From Candidatus Eiseniibacteriota bacterium (GTDB lineage Bacteria; Eisenbacteria; RBG-16-71-46; CAZEPH01): 25,494 nt of DNA. The notes below the pieces were generated by a model. That model saw nothing but the letters and a program-made list of their open reading frames with translations. It was not told where the DNA came from and did not search any database. The position numbers and the translations under genes are program-made. This document shows, piece by piece, positions 1 through 8,285 of the stretch. The stretch lies in contig JBGATO010000053.1 of assembly GCA_044229145.1 (NCBI GenBank), positions 1 to 25,494 of the forward strand, written 5' to 3'. Position 1 is the stretch's first letter; every line of letters begins with the position of its first letter.

Positions 1-2643
1 GTAGTTGACGTGACTCTTCACTGTCTCGTGACGAAGTGTCTTCGACGTGTTGAAGCTGACGTGGGACGTCGAACCGATCGGGTTGTAGGGATCGAGCACG
101 GCGCGAATGGGCCGCTCGCCTGCCATCGCCTGTGTAATGCCGGCGGTGATCCGCTCGCACGCCATGTCGGCGAGCTCCTGGAACATGAGCTGGGCTGGAT
201 AGGTGCCGCCCTTGCAGACGAGGCAGGTGTCCAGCCACTCCTTGGTCACGCGCTTGAGTTGGCCGAAGAGGTGGAGCTTGGGTTCTTCGCCTGGATCGCG
301 CCACTTGGTGTAGAGCAGGCGCTGTGCGAGGTGGAAGAGCAGCGTGGAGCGCCGGAGATCGCCCGTGTGCACGAGATTCAGGTGCACCGGCTCTCCGATG
401 ATGCCGGCGTTCTGCGTCACCGACGGTCCGACGAGGTCCGGCGTGAGTTCGAGGATGGAGTCGGCGGTGAAGGACGCAGAGATCGTCTCCTGCGGTAACT
501 CCACGCGGTACCCTTCCACTCGCGGGAAGGTGATCTCCAGCGCGTCACGCTCGGGCCGCACGGCCTTGACGTGTATCGTCTCACGCGGCGGCTGCGGCGG
601 CGCGACGACGGGCTTGGCGGTGAAGTTGAACGGGATACCGAGCACGTCGGCGTACTCGACGTTGAACAGGCCTTCCTCGTTCAAGTCGTACGACTGGCGC
701 CGCAGCGCACGGCCGATGACCTGCTCGCACAGGAGCTGCGTGCCGAAGGCGCGGACGCCGAGGACGTGGGTGACTGTGTTCGCGTCCCAGCCCTCGGTGA
801 GCATCGCGACGGAGACGACACATCGCACTTGCTCGCCGAGTTGACCTCGCTTGCCCACGGTGTTCATGACTTCGCGCAGGAGGGCGGTGTCGGTGAGGTT
901 CTCGGCTCGGCGCTTGTCGCCATCGCGCTCGACGATCTCGCGCTTGAAGCGAGCGATCTCGTCTTCGGCCATCTCGCGGAATTTGTCGTCGAGCGACTCG
1001 CCGGATTCCAGCTGCACGCTGTCTATCAGTAGCGTATTGGGCCGTGGCAGAGGATTCCCATGCTCATCAAAGTTCCGGAACAGATCGAGCCGGCCGGCCA
1101 CGTAGGTCGACGTATCATCTTCCTGCTTCCGGCGAAAGCCAGAGACGTATTCGCATACCAACTTAGAGACGGCCGTATTGCTGCAGACGATGATGAAGCA
1201 GGGAGGCACGCTAACTCCGCGATCGCGCCACAGATCAAACGTCTTCTTGTAGTGACCGTATAACGCCTCGAGTGCCGTCTGTAGCTCGACCGGGATGCTG
1301 AGAGGATCGTGCTCCTTGCCCTTCTTCAGACCAGTCTTTGGCATGCGCTTGCCGATGTACTTCCACAGATCCCGGAACTTCGGCATCTCTTCGCCCGGGA
1401 TGTTGTCTGCAACGGGCACGCGCGGCAGCTTCACGACCCCGCACTCGATAGCGTCCATCAGCGAGAAGTCGCTCATGGTCCACGGGAAGAGCGTGCCTTC
1501 GGCGTAGCCGGAGCCGCTCAGGAAAAACGGCGTTGCGGACAGGTCGAACACCCAATTCAACCCGAGCTTGCGATTGACCGCTTCCAGACCCGAAATCCAC
1601 AGGCGGGCTGCCTCGTTGTTCCGCTCGGCTTCTTGCCTCGCCTCGCCGGCGAGCGGCTCGTCGTCGTCGCCGTCGGGCTTCTCGCGGTAGCAGTGATGCG
1701 CCTCGTCGTTGAGCGCCAGGATGTTCTTCATGCCCATCAGGTCTTTCATGACCCGCTGGATCATCTGGCCTTCGGTTTCGCGTGTGTCGATGGCTGCGCC
1801 GCCCCGACCCTGCAGCAACTGTCTGCCGCCCTTCGACAACTCGAGCCGTTCCCGCAGCTTGAAGGCGTGATAGTTGGTGATGACGATCTTCGCGCGGTTG
1901 ATGTCCTCGCGCATGTCGCTCGGCACGATGTTGAAACGGTCGTAGTAGTTGTCCGGGTCGTTCGGCTGGAGCACCCGAAGACGGTCCTTGATCGTCAGCC
2001 CCGGGGTCACCACGAGAAAGCCGCGAGTGAACCGCTTGCCATTCGGATGCCGGACTGCGTTCACGGTCTGCCATGCGATGAGCATGGCCATCACGGTCGT
2101 CTTGCCGGCGCCGGTCGCAAGCTTGAGCGCCAACCGCATCAGTTCCGGATTGGCAGACGCGTTGGCGGCTGCGAGATGTTCGAGGAATCGTGCGCCGTCC
2201 TTGCCGACGTTGGGCGCGACTTCGGTAAGCCAGATCGCGGTCTCGACGGCTTCAATTTGACAGAAGAACAGCCGGTTCGAGTCGCCAGACTTGGAGCGCC
2301 AGTGTTGCAGGAGTCGTGCAGTCTCTGGACTGACCCGCCAATCGGCGGGGTTCGGAATCTCCCGCCACCGATCGACGAGAATCCGGAGTCCGTTGATGAC
2401 CGGCGTCGGATCGTAGCGTTGCGCGTCTGTGCTGAGACCCGCCCCCTCGTCGAAGAGAATCGCGGCCTGTTCGGCCTTTCCCTTCTGCTTCTTGGGGCGC
2501 GGAATCGGCGTGATCAGCGACACCGAGCGGCGCTTTTCGACAAGCTGTTGGGTCGGCTGCCCAGACTCGTCGAGCTCCCAATGACGAGCCGGATATTCGT
2601 AGGGCGAATTGACGATCGGGTGATCGAAGAACGGGTTGCTCAT
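1..2643 (-). CDS. Type III restriction-modification Res-like subunit (DEAH helicase/endonuclease, BPTD_3080-like family); 3' end lies outside the window
   Basis: Not in the ORF track (no stop inside the window). Manual translation from ATG 2643 gives MSNPFFDHPIVNSPYEYPARHWELDESGQPTQQ. In-frame spot checks: Walker A LKLATGAGKTTVMAM (~2100), LNDEAHHCYR (~1700), SVAMLTEGWDANTVTHVLGVRAFGTQLLCEQVIGRALRR (~700-810), PYNPIGSTSHVSFNTSK...KSHVNY at the edge. Confidence 0.9.
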   Translation of the reverse strand, partial: MSNPFFDHPIVNSPYEYPARHWELDESGQPTQQLVEKRRSVSLITPIPRPKKQKGKAEQAAILFDEGAGLSTDAQRYDPTPVINGLRILVDRWREIPNPADWRVSPETARLLQHWRSKSGDSNRLFFCQIEAVETAIWLTEVAPNVGKDGARFLEHLAAANASANPELMRLALKLATGAGKTTVMAMLIAWQTVNAVRHPNGKRFTRGFLVVTPGLTIKDRLRVLQPNDPDNYYDRFNIVPSDMREDINRAKIVITNYHAFKLRERLELSKGGRQLLQGRGGAAIDTRETEGQMIQRVMKDLMGMKNILALNDEAHHCYREKPDGDDDEPLAGEARQEAERNNEAARLWISGLEAVNRKLGLNWVFDLSATPFFLSGSGYAEGTLFPWTMSDFSLMDAIECGVVKLPRVPVADNIPGEEMPKFRDLWKYIGKRMPKTGLKKGKEHDPLSIPVELQTALEALYGHYKKTFDLWRDRGVSVPPCFIIVCSNTAVSKLVCEYVSGFRRKQEDDTSTYVAGRLDLFRNFDEHGNPLPRPNTLLIDSVQLESGESLDDKFREMAEDEIARFKREIVERDGDKRRAENLTDTALLREVMNTVGKRGQLGEQVRCVVSVAMLTEGWDANTVTHVLGVRAFGTQLLCEQVIGRALRRQSYDLNEEGLFNVEYADVLGIPFNFTAKPVVAPPQPPRETIHVKAVRPERDALEITFPRVEGYRVELPQETISASFTADSILELTPDLVGPSVTQNAGIIGEPVHLNLVHTGDLRRSTLLFHLAQRLLYTKWRDPGEEPKLHLFGQLKRVTKEWLDTCLVCKGGTYPAQLMFQELADMACERITAGITQAMAGERPIRAVLDPYNPIGSTSHVSFNTSKTLRHETVKSHVNY

Positions 2644-2691
2644 CACGAGTCTCTCAGGGGGAAGGCTCGGCGTCGCGACCGGGCATCGTCG

Positions 2692-2719
2692 GGAAGATGC
2701 CACAGCCGCGCTACGACGC
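2692..2719 (-). promoter_or_regulatory. Possible sigma70-type promoter for the res gene
   Basis: Minus strand reads TTGCGT-N16-CATCTT with a TG extended -10, about 50 bp upstream of ATG 2643. Weak match to consensus. Confidence 0.25.
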
Positions 2720-2739
2720 AAGGTATCACGATGTGATCG

Positions 2740-5055
2740 CTACCGCATCGAGACTTGCCTCCAGCCGTGAATATCGGGGTCAAACTCCTCGATATTGGCA
2801 TTCTCCACGAACTCCAGGAGCGCGTGGGCTACAGCGATCGCCTTGGACTTGCGCGGCGGAATCGCACCGGCCGGAATCCGAGGCGGCACCAGACAACTCG
2901 GGCAACCGTCGCGACATCCACAGGACTCCGCGATGCGGATTCCGGTTCGCACTACCTCCGGCCAGAGATCGAGAGCCTTCTCCGCCACCCCAATGCCTCC
3001 AGGAACCGTCTCGTACACATAGACCGTGAATGGAGGCTTGATCGTCGACAGCGTGCCGAGATCGTGGCGATCGCACGGGATCACGAACGGCGACCCGACT
3101 CGCATGATCTGCTCGAATCCGAAGAGGTCCTCGGGGTCGTGTTCTCCTGGCAGGTCTGACCAGTCGGAGACTTCCAGCCAGAATCCGCGCACTTGAGACC
3201 GTCGTGCCTGATCGCTGCGAACGTCGTCTTGAATGTCGCCGCTGCGAGTGTCGATCACCTTGTAGCCGGCGAAGTTCTCGAAGACTGTGACCTTGCCGTA
3301 GCAGGCGGACAATGCTTCGTTCCATCGGCGACCCTGCAGCACTTCCGATCCCTGGGTTACCGTGTAGAAGATGCCATCGGTTCGCAGATGACTCTCGGCG
3401 TCTTCGAGCAAGAGCTCACCCGCACCTTGAGCGGTCACGCGGTATCGCTTGCCGAAATGGTTGTAAATCGCTCCCACGTATGCTTCTCGGAATGCCTGTA
3501 CATCAGACATGGTGCCGAGCTCTTTGCCCTTGTACGTGAGCTTGTACATCGCCCCGCCGCCGGAGCGAAGATTGAGCCTGTTGTACGGCGGCTTGTGGCC
3601 ACCCATCGGCTTGACACCGTCCGACGCCGCTCGTGCGTATGCGAGGAACGGCTCTCCAATCTTCTCGCTGAGCGAGTCATCGAGATCGTGATCCACCTCG
3701 TGGAGAAGGAAGGGCAAGTGCTTGCGCATCAGCTCTTCGTTGTCCACGCCGATCAGGATTTCGTCGAGCGGCTTGTCGAGAAACGCATCGATATTGCTCG
3801 CGAAGAACCGATCGAACGGGTTGTTGAAGGCGTAGAAGATGACATAGGCCTTCTTCTTCCAGCTTCGGCCCGTCCGCCCGATCCGCTGCCACGCCGAGAG
3901 CACGCTGTCGGGGAATCCCGCAAGAATGCAAGCATCGAGCCGGCCAATGTCGATGCCGATCTCCAGCGCGTTTGTGGTGAAGACAACGCGATACTTGCCT
4001 GACCGCATGCCGTCTTCGATGTCACGTCGAAGCTCAGGACTGTAGCCACTCCGGTAGGGTACGATCACTTCTGGATCGATGCCGCGCTCAGGCGCCTCTT
4101 GCTTCGCGCGAATCGTCGCCTCTTCCGCGAACTTGCGAGACGGGCAGAAGATGAGTGTCGAGAGATCACGCGACGCACACGCCAGCGCTGCCTTCACGAT
4201 ACGGACGCGATAGATCTCGTGAAAATTGAAATCGGGAATCGCTGGCTCGACGAAGGCAAACTCACGCTCCGGCCGCATGGCGGTCTGGCATCTCACCAAC
4301 GTGCAGTCGCGACCAGTGAGCCGGTAGGCGTGCTCCTTGGCATTGCCACAGGTCGCGGTGGCAAGAATAACCTGTGGGTGACACCCGAGGGTTTCGAGCT
4401 TGGTCAGGAATCGCCGCATCAGAAGCGCGACGTTCGTGCCGAAGAAGCCGCGGTACTCGTGAATCTCGTCGATAATGATGAGACGCAGGTTGCGAAGATA
4501 GTTCTCCCACTGCTCGGACCAACCGAGAAAGCTGTACTGCAACATCTCAGGATTCGTGAGCAGCAGGGCCGGCGGATTGTCCTTCAGGAGCTTCCGGTGC
4601 TCCGCTTCCGTGTCGCCGTCGAATACCCACGAGTCGATAGCTTGACCGCGCCGGGCGAGAGGCCCGGCAAGGTCTTCGAATTGGCGACGTTGGTCGTTTG
4701 AGAGCGCCTTCATCGGGTGCAACATCATGGCATGCAGCCGCGGTTCCTTGAGAATTGCCTCGACAAGTGGCACGGTAAAACAGAGGGTTTTGCCGCTCGC
4801 GGTCGGAGCTTCAAGGACGACATCCTCGCCGTTTCGGATTCGGCGAATCGCTTCTGCCTGATGCACGTACAGTTGGGTGATTCCTTGAGCCTCAAGCGAC
4901 TGGCGGACGGGCTCGGGAAGCGACTGAAGGAACTCGGGTGGCGCGAATTCGGCAGGTACACTGGCCACTGATCGAGTCAGCACCCGGTCAGCCTTCTCTT
5001 CTGCCTGGTCGCGCAGTGCATCAAATTCGCGCAGGGTCTGGAGCAGGTCTTCCAT
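2740..5055 (-). CDS. SF2 DEAD/DEAH-box helicase with C-terminal DUF1998-type Cys4 domain (YprA/MrfA/SftH/Hrq1-like), 771 aa
   Basis: LYVHQAEAI (Q motif), APTASGKT, PMKALSNDQ, IIDEIH, ATAT, TNALEIGIDIG, QRIGRTGR, then VYETVPGGIG and CGCRDGCPSC. GAGGAG RBS upstream of the ATG. Confidence 0.92.
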   Translation of the reverse strand: MEDLLQTLREFDALRDQAEEKADRVLTRSVASVPAEFAPPEFLQSLPEPVRQSLEAQGITQLYVHQAEAIRRIRNGEDVVLEAPTASGKTLCFTVPLVEAILKEPRLHAMMLHPMKALSNDQRRQFEDLAGPLARRGQAIDSWVFDGDTEAEHRKLLKDNPPALLLTNPEMLQYSFLGWSEQWENYLRNLRLIIIDEIHEYRGFFGTNVALLMRRFLTKLETLGCHPQVILATATCGNAKEHAYRLTGRDCTLVRCQTAMRPEREFAFVEPAIPDFNFHEIYRVRIVKAALACASRDLSTLIFCPSRKFAEEATIRAKQEAPERGIDPEVIVPYRSGYSPELRRDIEDGMRSGKYRVVFTTNALEIGIDIGRLDACILAGFPDSVLSAWQRIGRTGRSWKKKAYVIFYAFNNPFDRFFASNIDAFLDKPLDEILIGVDNEELMRKHLPFLLHEVDHDLDDSLSEKIGEPFLAYARAASDGVKPMGGHKPPYNRLNLRSGGGAMYKLTYKGKELGTMSDVQAFREAYVGAIYNHFGKRYRVTAQGAGELLLEDAESHLRTDGIFYTVTQGSEVLQGRRWNEALSACYGKVTVFENFAGYKVIDTRSGDIQDDVRSDQARRSQVRGFWLEVSDWSDLPGEHDPEDLFGFEQIMRVGSPFVIPCDRHDLGTLSTIKPPFTVYVYETVPGGIGVAEKALDLWPEVVRTGIRIAESCGCRDGCPSCLVPPRIPAGAIPPRKSKAIAVAHALLEFVENANIEEFDPDIHGWRQVSMR

Positions 5056-5407
5056 TCGAACACACTCCTCGGAGATGAGCGAGGCATGTGCTACTTGAAT
5101 CCTCGCTGCTCGCGTTGGAGGTACCGCCGTAGCGATAGCGGGTGGGTCCGACAGGAATGAATTTGAGTGATACTTGGAGGTGCGTTAGACCACTTAAGTA
5201 GAATGCCGTAGCGCAGGCAGTATGGCGCCGTTCGAGCCACTACGTCGAAAGCTGACCAGGGCGCGCCACACCCCGCAATTGCAGCGTTCAACTGCCATCG
5301 CCTTATGCATTAATGCACTTCCGCGGCGCTGCCGATGGTCCTGGGCGGTGGCCGCGAGCAGTGACACCATGTCGATGCTCGCCGCGTCTCCCTTGGGAGG
5401 AACCACC

Positions 5408-6586
5408 GTGCCGCCGTTTGGCCGTCACATGCTCGCGCAGTGGAAGCTCGACCCCGCCTACACGTATCTGAATCACGGCACGGTGGGCGCACCGCCGCGC
5501 GTCGTGCTCGAGGCGCAGCAGCGCATTCGCGATGAATCCGAGGCGCATCCCGCGCAGTACCTGCTGCGCGAACTCAACGGCCTCGACGGCTGGCCGCGCG
5601 AGTTGCCGGGACGCATGCGCCAAGCTGCCGCGCCGGTGGCCGCATTCCTCGGCGCGCGCGCCGAGGACACCGTCTTCGTCGAAAACGTCACCGCCGGCTG
5701 CAACGCGGTGCTGCGTTCCCTCTCCTTGCAGCGCGGCGACGAAATCCTCGTCACTGACCGCGCGTACGGTGCCGTCGTCAACGCGTCGGAGTACGTCGCG
5801 CGGCGCGCCGGTGCAACCGTGAAGACGGTCGAGATCCCGTATCCCACCACCGGGCCGCAACAGATCGCCGACGCGGTGATGGCCGGCGTCACCGCCGCCA
5901 CGCGTCTGGTCTTCGTGGACCACATTGCGGCAGAAAGTGCGCTGCTATTTCCGGTCGCCGAGATCGCGCGGCGCTGCCGCGAGCGCGGCGTCGCCGTGCT
6001 AGTCGACGGCGCCCACGCGCCGGGCGCGATCGCACTCGACATCCCCTCGACTGGCGCGGACTGGTACGCGGCGAACTTGCACAAGTGGTGCATGGCGCCA
6101 CGCAGCGCCGGCATCCTGTGGGCGCCGCCCGAGCGCCAGCACGACCTGCATCCGCCGAGCGTCTCGTGGGGGTTCGACCTCGGATTCACACGCGAATTCG
6201 ACTGGGTGGGCACGTTCGATCCGTCGCGCTTCCTCGCGGCGCCGGACGGTATCGCCTTCATCCAGAGTTTCGGCGAGGGCGTCGTGTTCGCCGCGAACCA
6301 TGCACTCGCGTGGGCCGGCGCCCAGCACTTGGCGGCGCGGTGGGAAACGACGCTCGGCGTGCCGGAAGAATGCGTCGGGACGATGATCACGGTGCCGCTG
6401 CCGGCACGCGCCGGCTCCACGCGCGACGACGCCATGCGGCTGCGCGCCGCGCTCTACTACGACGACCAAATCGAAATCCAGATGCACGCGTGGCGCGGCC
6501 AGCTGTGGGTGCGACTGTCGGCGCAAATCTACAACGATCTCGACGATGTCGAACGATTGGCGAGCGCGGTGCTCGCCCGCATCTGA
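5408..6586 (+). CDS. PLP-dependent aminotransferase class V enzyme (isopenicillin-N epimerase / C-S lyase-like), ~392 aa
   Basis: YLNHGTVGAPP, LVDGAHAPG, PLP lysine in ANLHKWCMAP, RLSAQIYND. Start moved to GTG 5408, which follows GGAGG; ATG 5369 is an alternative. Confidence 0.88.
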   Translation: MPPFGRHMLAQWKLDPAYTYLNHGTVGAPPRVVLEAQQRIRDESEAHPAQYLLRELNGLDGWPRELPGRMRQAAAPVAAFLGARAEDTVFVENVTAGCNAVLRSLSLQRGDEILVTDRAYGAVVNASEYVARRAGATVKTVEIPYPTTGPQQIADAVMAGVTAATRLVFVDHIAAESALLFPVAEIARRCRERGVAVLVDGAHAPGAIALDIPSTGADWYAANLHKWCMAPRSAGILWAPPERQHDLHPPSVSWGFDLGFTREFDWVGTFDPSRFLAAPDGIAFIQSFGEGVVFAANHALAWAGAQHLAARWETTLGVPEECVGTMITVPLPARAGSTRDDAMRLRAALYYDDQIEIQMHAWRGQLWVRLSAQIYNDLDDVERLASAVLARI

Positions 6587-6611
6587 TCGCACAGCCGAAG
6601 GAGTTCAGGCG

Positions 6612-8282
6612 ATGAGACGATTCGCATGTGCACTCGCGGTGATGGTGTCCGCATACGGCGGATTCGGCGTCACGGCGCGCGCCGCCGAGCCGTCCGCCCA
6701 CCTGCCGCTCGGCGGCCCCGCACCCACCGTCACCAGCGAAGCGCAACTGCGCGATTTCCTCGACGAACTCGAGGCGCAGGAACTCCTCGTCTACGAAGGC
6801 TTCAATCTCGAGAGCTACTATCAGTGGCGCGGGCTCGAACCGCACTTCGTCGCGCCGTTCGCGCGCTTCGCCAACGACATTCGCAATCGCCGGGACTACG
6901 CGGCAGTCATCGAGCAGTGGCGCGGCAAGGTGACGGACGCGACGCTGGCCCGGCGGCTCGATTTGCACCATCGCGACTTCTTGCAGTCGCGCGCCGATCC
7001 CGCGCAGGTCATCGCGCTGACCGACGCGCAGACCGCGGTGCAGGACAGCGCCACCGCGTTCCGCTTCCACCTCGGCGACTCGACGACGACGCAGACCGGC
7101 ATCAGCGAAATCCTCACCAACGAACCGGATCGCGCGAAGCGTCGCGCCGCGTTCGTCGCGCTCACGCAGGCCGGTGAGGCGCGCGCGGCCAGCATCGTGC
7201 ACTGCATGGAGCTCTACGACGCCATCGGCAAGCAGGAAGGCTTCGCCAACGGCGCCGAAGCGGGACTCGCCGCAGCCAGCCTCACCCGCGCGCAAGTGCT
7301 CCGCGACCTCGACGCCTTCGAGAAGTCGACCCGTCCGATCCTGCAGGCGATGTGGGCACAGGCGAAGCGCGACCTCAAGGTCGATGCGCTGCAGCCATGG
7401 GACGTCGACTACTGGCTGCACGTGCAAGAACTCGCCGGCGGCGACGACGCGTGGCCGCGCGAGCCGGGCGTCGAACGCATGTTCGCCCTGATGCGCGACC
7501 TCGGATTCCGTCCGGATTCATTGCCGATCGACGTGAAGGTGCTCGACGTGCCGGTCGGCGGCATCACGTTCCCGGTGCGTCCGCCCTACGAGGCGCGGCT
7601 GCTGACCAATCCGTTCACCGGCTCGAACTTCTACGAGACGATGTTCCACGAGTACGGCCACGCGCTCAACACGGTGTACACCGACAAGTCGCTCTCACCG
7701 ATCTTGCTGTTTGGCGATGAGACGCCGATGAGCGAAGGCGTCGCCGAATGCCTCGGACACTTCGCCTACGATGCCACATGGCTGGAGCACGCCGCCGGCG
7801 TGTCGCCCGAGCGCGCCGCGCAACTCGAGCGCGTCGGCAAGATGCAGCTCTTGCTCTGGCTGCGCCGGTCGATCTGCCTCAACGCCTATTTCGAGGTCAG
7901 CGCGTACGGCAACCTGCACCAGAATCTCGACTCGTTGTACGCGGCGACCTACGCGCGGTTCGCGGGCACGCCGTTGCCGCCGGGCCACTACTTCGGCTAT
8001 CGCGACATCTTCGCGACGGGGCCGCTGTACTTCCAGTCGTACCTCTACGCCAACATGATCGCGACACAGTTCCGCGAGGCGATGCGCGCGCAGTTCGGCG
8101 TCGAAGACTTGAGCCGCGAGCCACGAGTGGCCGAGTGGTTGACGCGATACGCGTTCGGGCCGGGTGGCAGCGTGCCATGGCCGGAGAAGATGGTGCAGGC
8201 AACCGGCACACCTCTCAGCACCGAGGCGTTGTCCCGCTACTTGGCGGGCGCGATGCCGGCGAGCGCCGCGAAGAAGAAGTAG
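6612..8282 (+). CDS. Secreted gluzincin zinc metallopeptidase (M2/M3-like), ~556 aa
   Basis: GAAGGAG RBS before ATG 6612. Signal peptide MRRFACALAVMVSAYGGFGVTARA, LQPWDVDY, FHEYGH zinc motif, downstream SEGVAE third ligand, YFQSYLYA. Confidence 0.82.
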   Translation: MRRFACALAVMVSAYGGFGVTARAAEPSAHLPLGGPAPTVTSEAQLRDFLDELEAQELLVYEGFNLESYYQWRGLEPHFVAPFARFANDIRNRRDYAAVIEQWRGKVTDATLARRLDLHHRDFLQSRADPAQVIALTDAQTAVQDSATAFRFHLGDSTTTQTGISEILTNEPDRAKRRAAFVALTQAGEARAASIVHCMELYDAIGKQEGFANGAEAGLAAASLTRAQVLRDLDAFEKSTRPILQAMWAQAKRDLKVDALQPWDVDYWLHVQELAGGDDAWPREPGVERMFALMRDLGFRPDSLPIDVKVLDVPVGGITFPVRPPYEARLLTNPFTGSNFYETMFHEYGHALNTVYTDKSLSPILLFGDETPMSEGVAECLGHFAYDATWLEHAAGVSPERAAQLERVGKMQLLLWLRRSICLNAYFEVSAYGNLHQNLDSLYAATYARFAGTPLPPGHYFGYRDIFATGPLYFQSYLYANMIATQFREAMRAQFGVEDLSREPRVAEWLTRYAFGPGGSVPWPEKMVQATGTPLSTEALSRYLAGAMPASAAKKK

Positions 8283-8285
8283 CGG

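Noticed and set aside
10..2736. Plus-strand ORFs (10..498, 571..1032, 1309..2736, etc.)
   Set aside because: Antisense shadows of the minus-strand res gene, which carries all the conserved motifs.
2740..5055. Calling the helicase DISARM DrmA/DrmB, Druantia DruE or mrfA
   Set aside because: It is a single 771 aa helicase-DUF1998 protein without the partner genes of those systems in view, so a specific name is not supported.
5183..5189. GTTAGAC matching the integron core site GTTRRRY
   Set aside because: No matching RYYYAAC partner forming an attC hairpin, and no integrase or cassette array nearby.
5114..5213. Short repeats TTGGAGGT and GCCGTAGCG, each present twice; possible ncRNA or CRISPR remnant
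   Set aside because: Too short and irregularly spaced; no tRNA, tmRNA or CRISPR structure recognisable.
5408..6586. Beta-lactam biosynthetic cluster (cefD plus beta-lactamase-like gene)
   Set aside because: No ACV synthetase, IPNS or other pathway genes are present, and both families are widespread outside such clusters.
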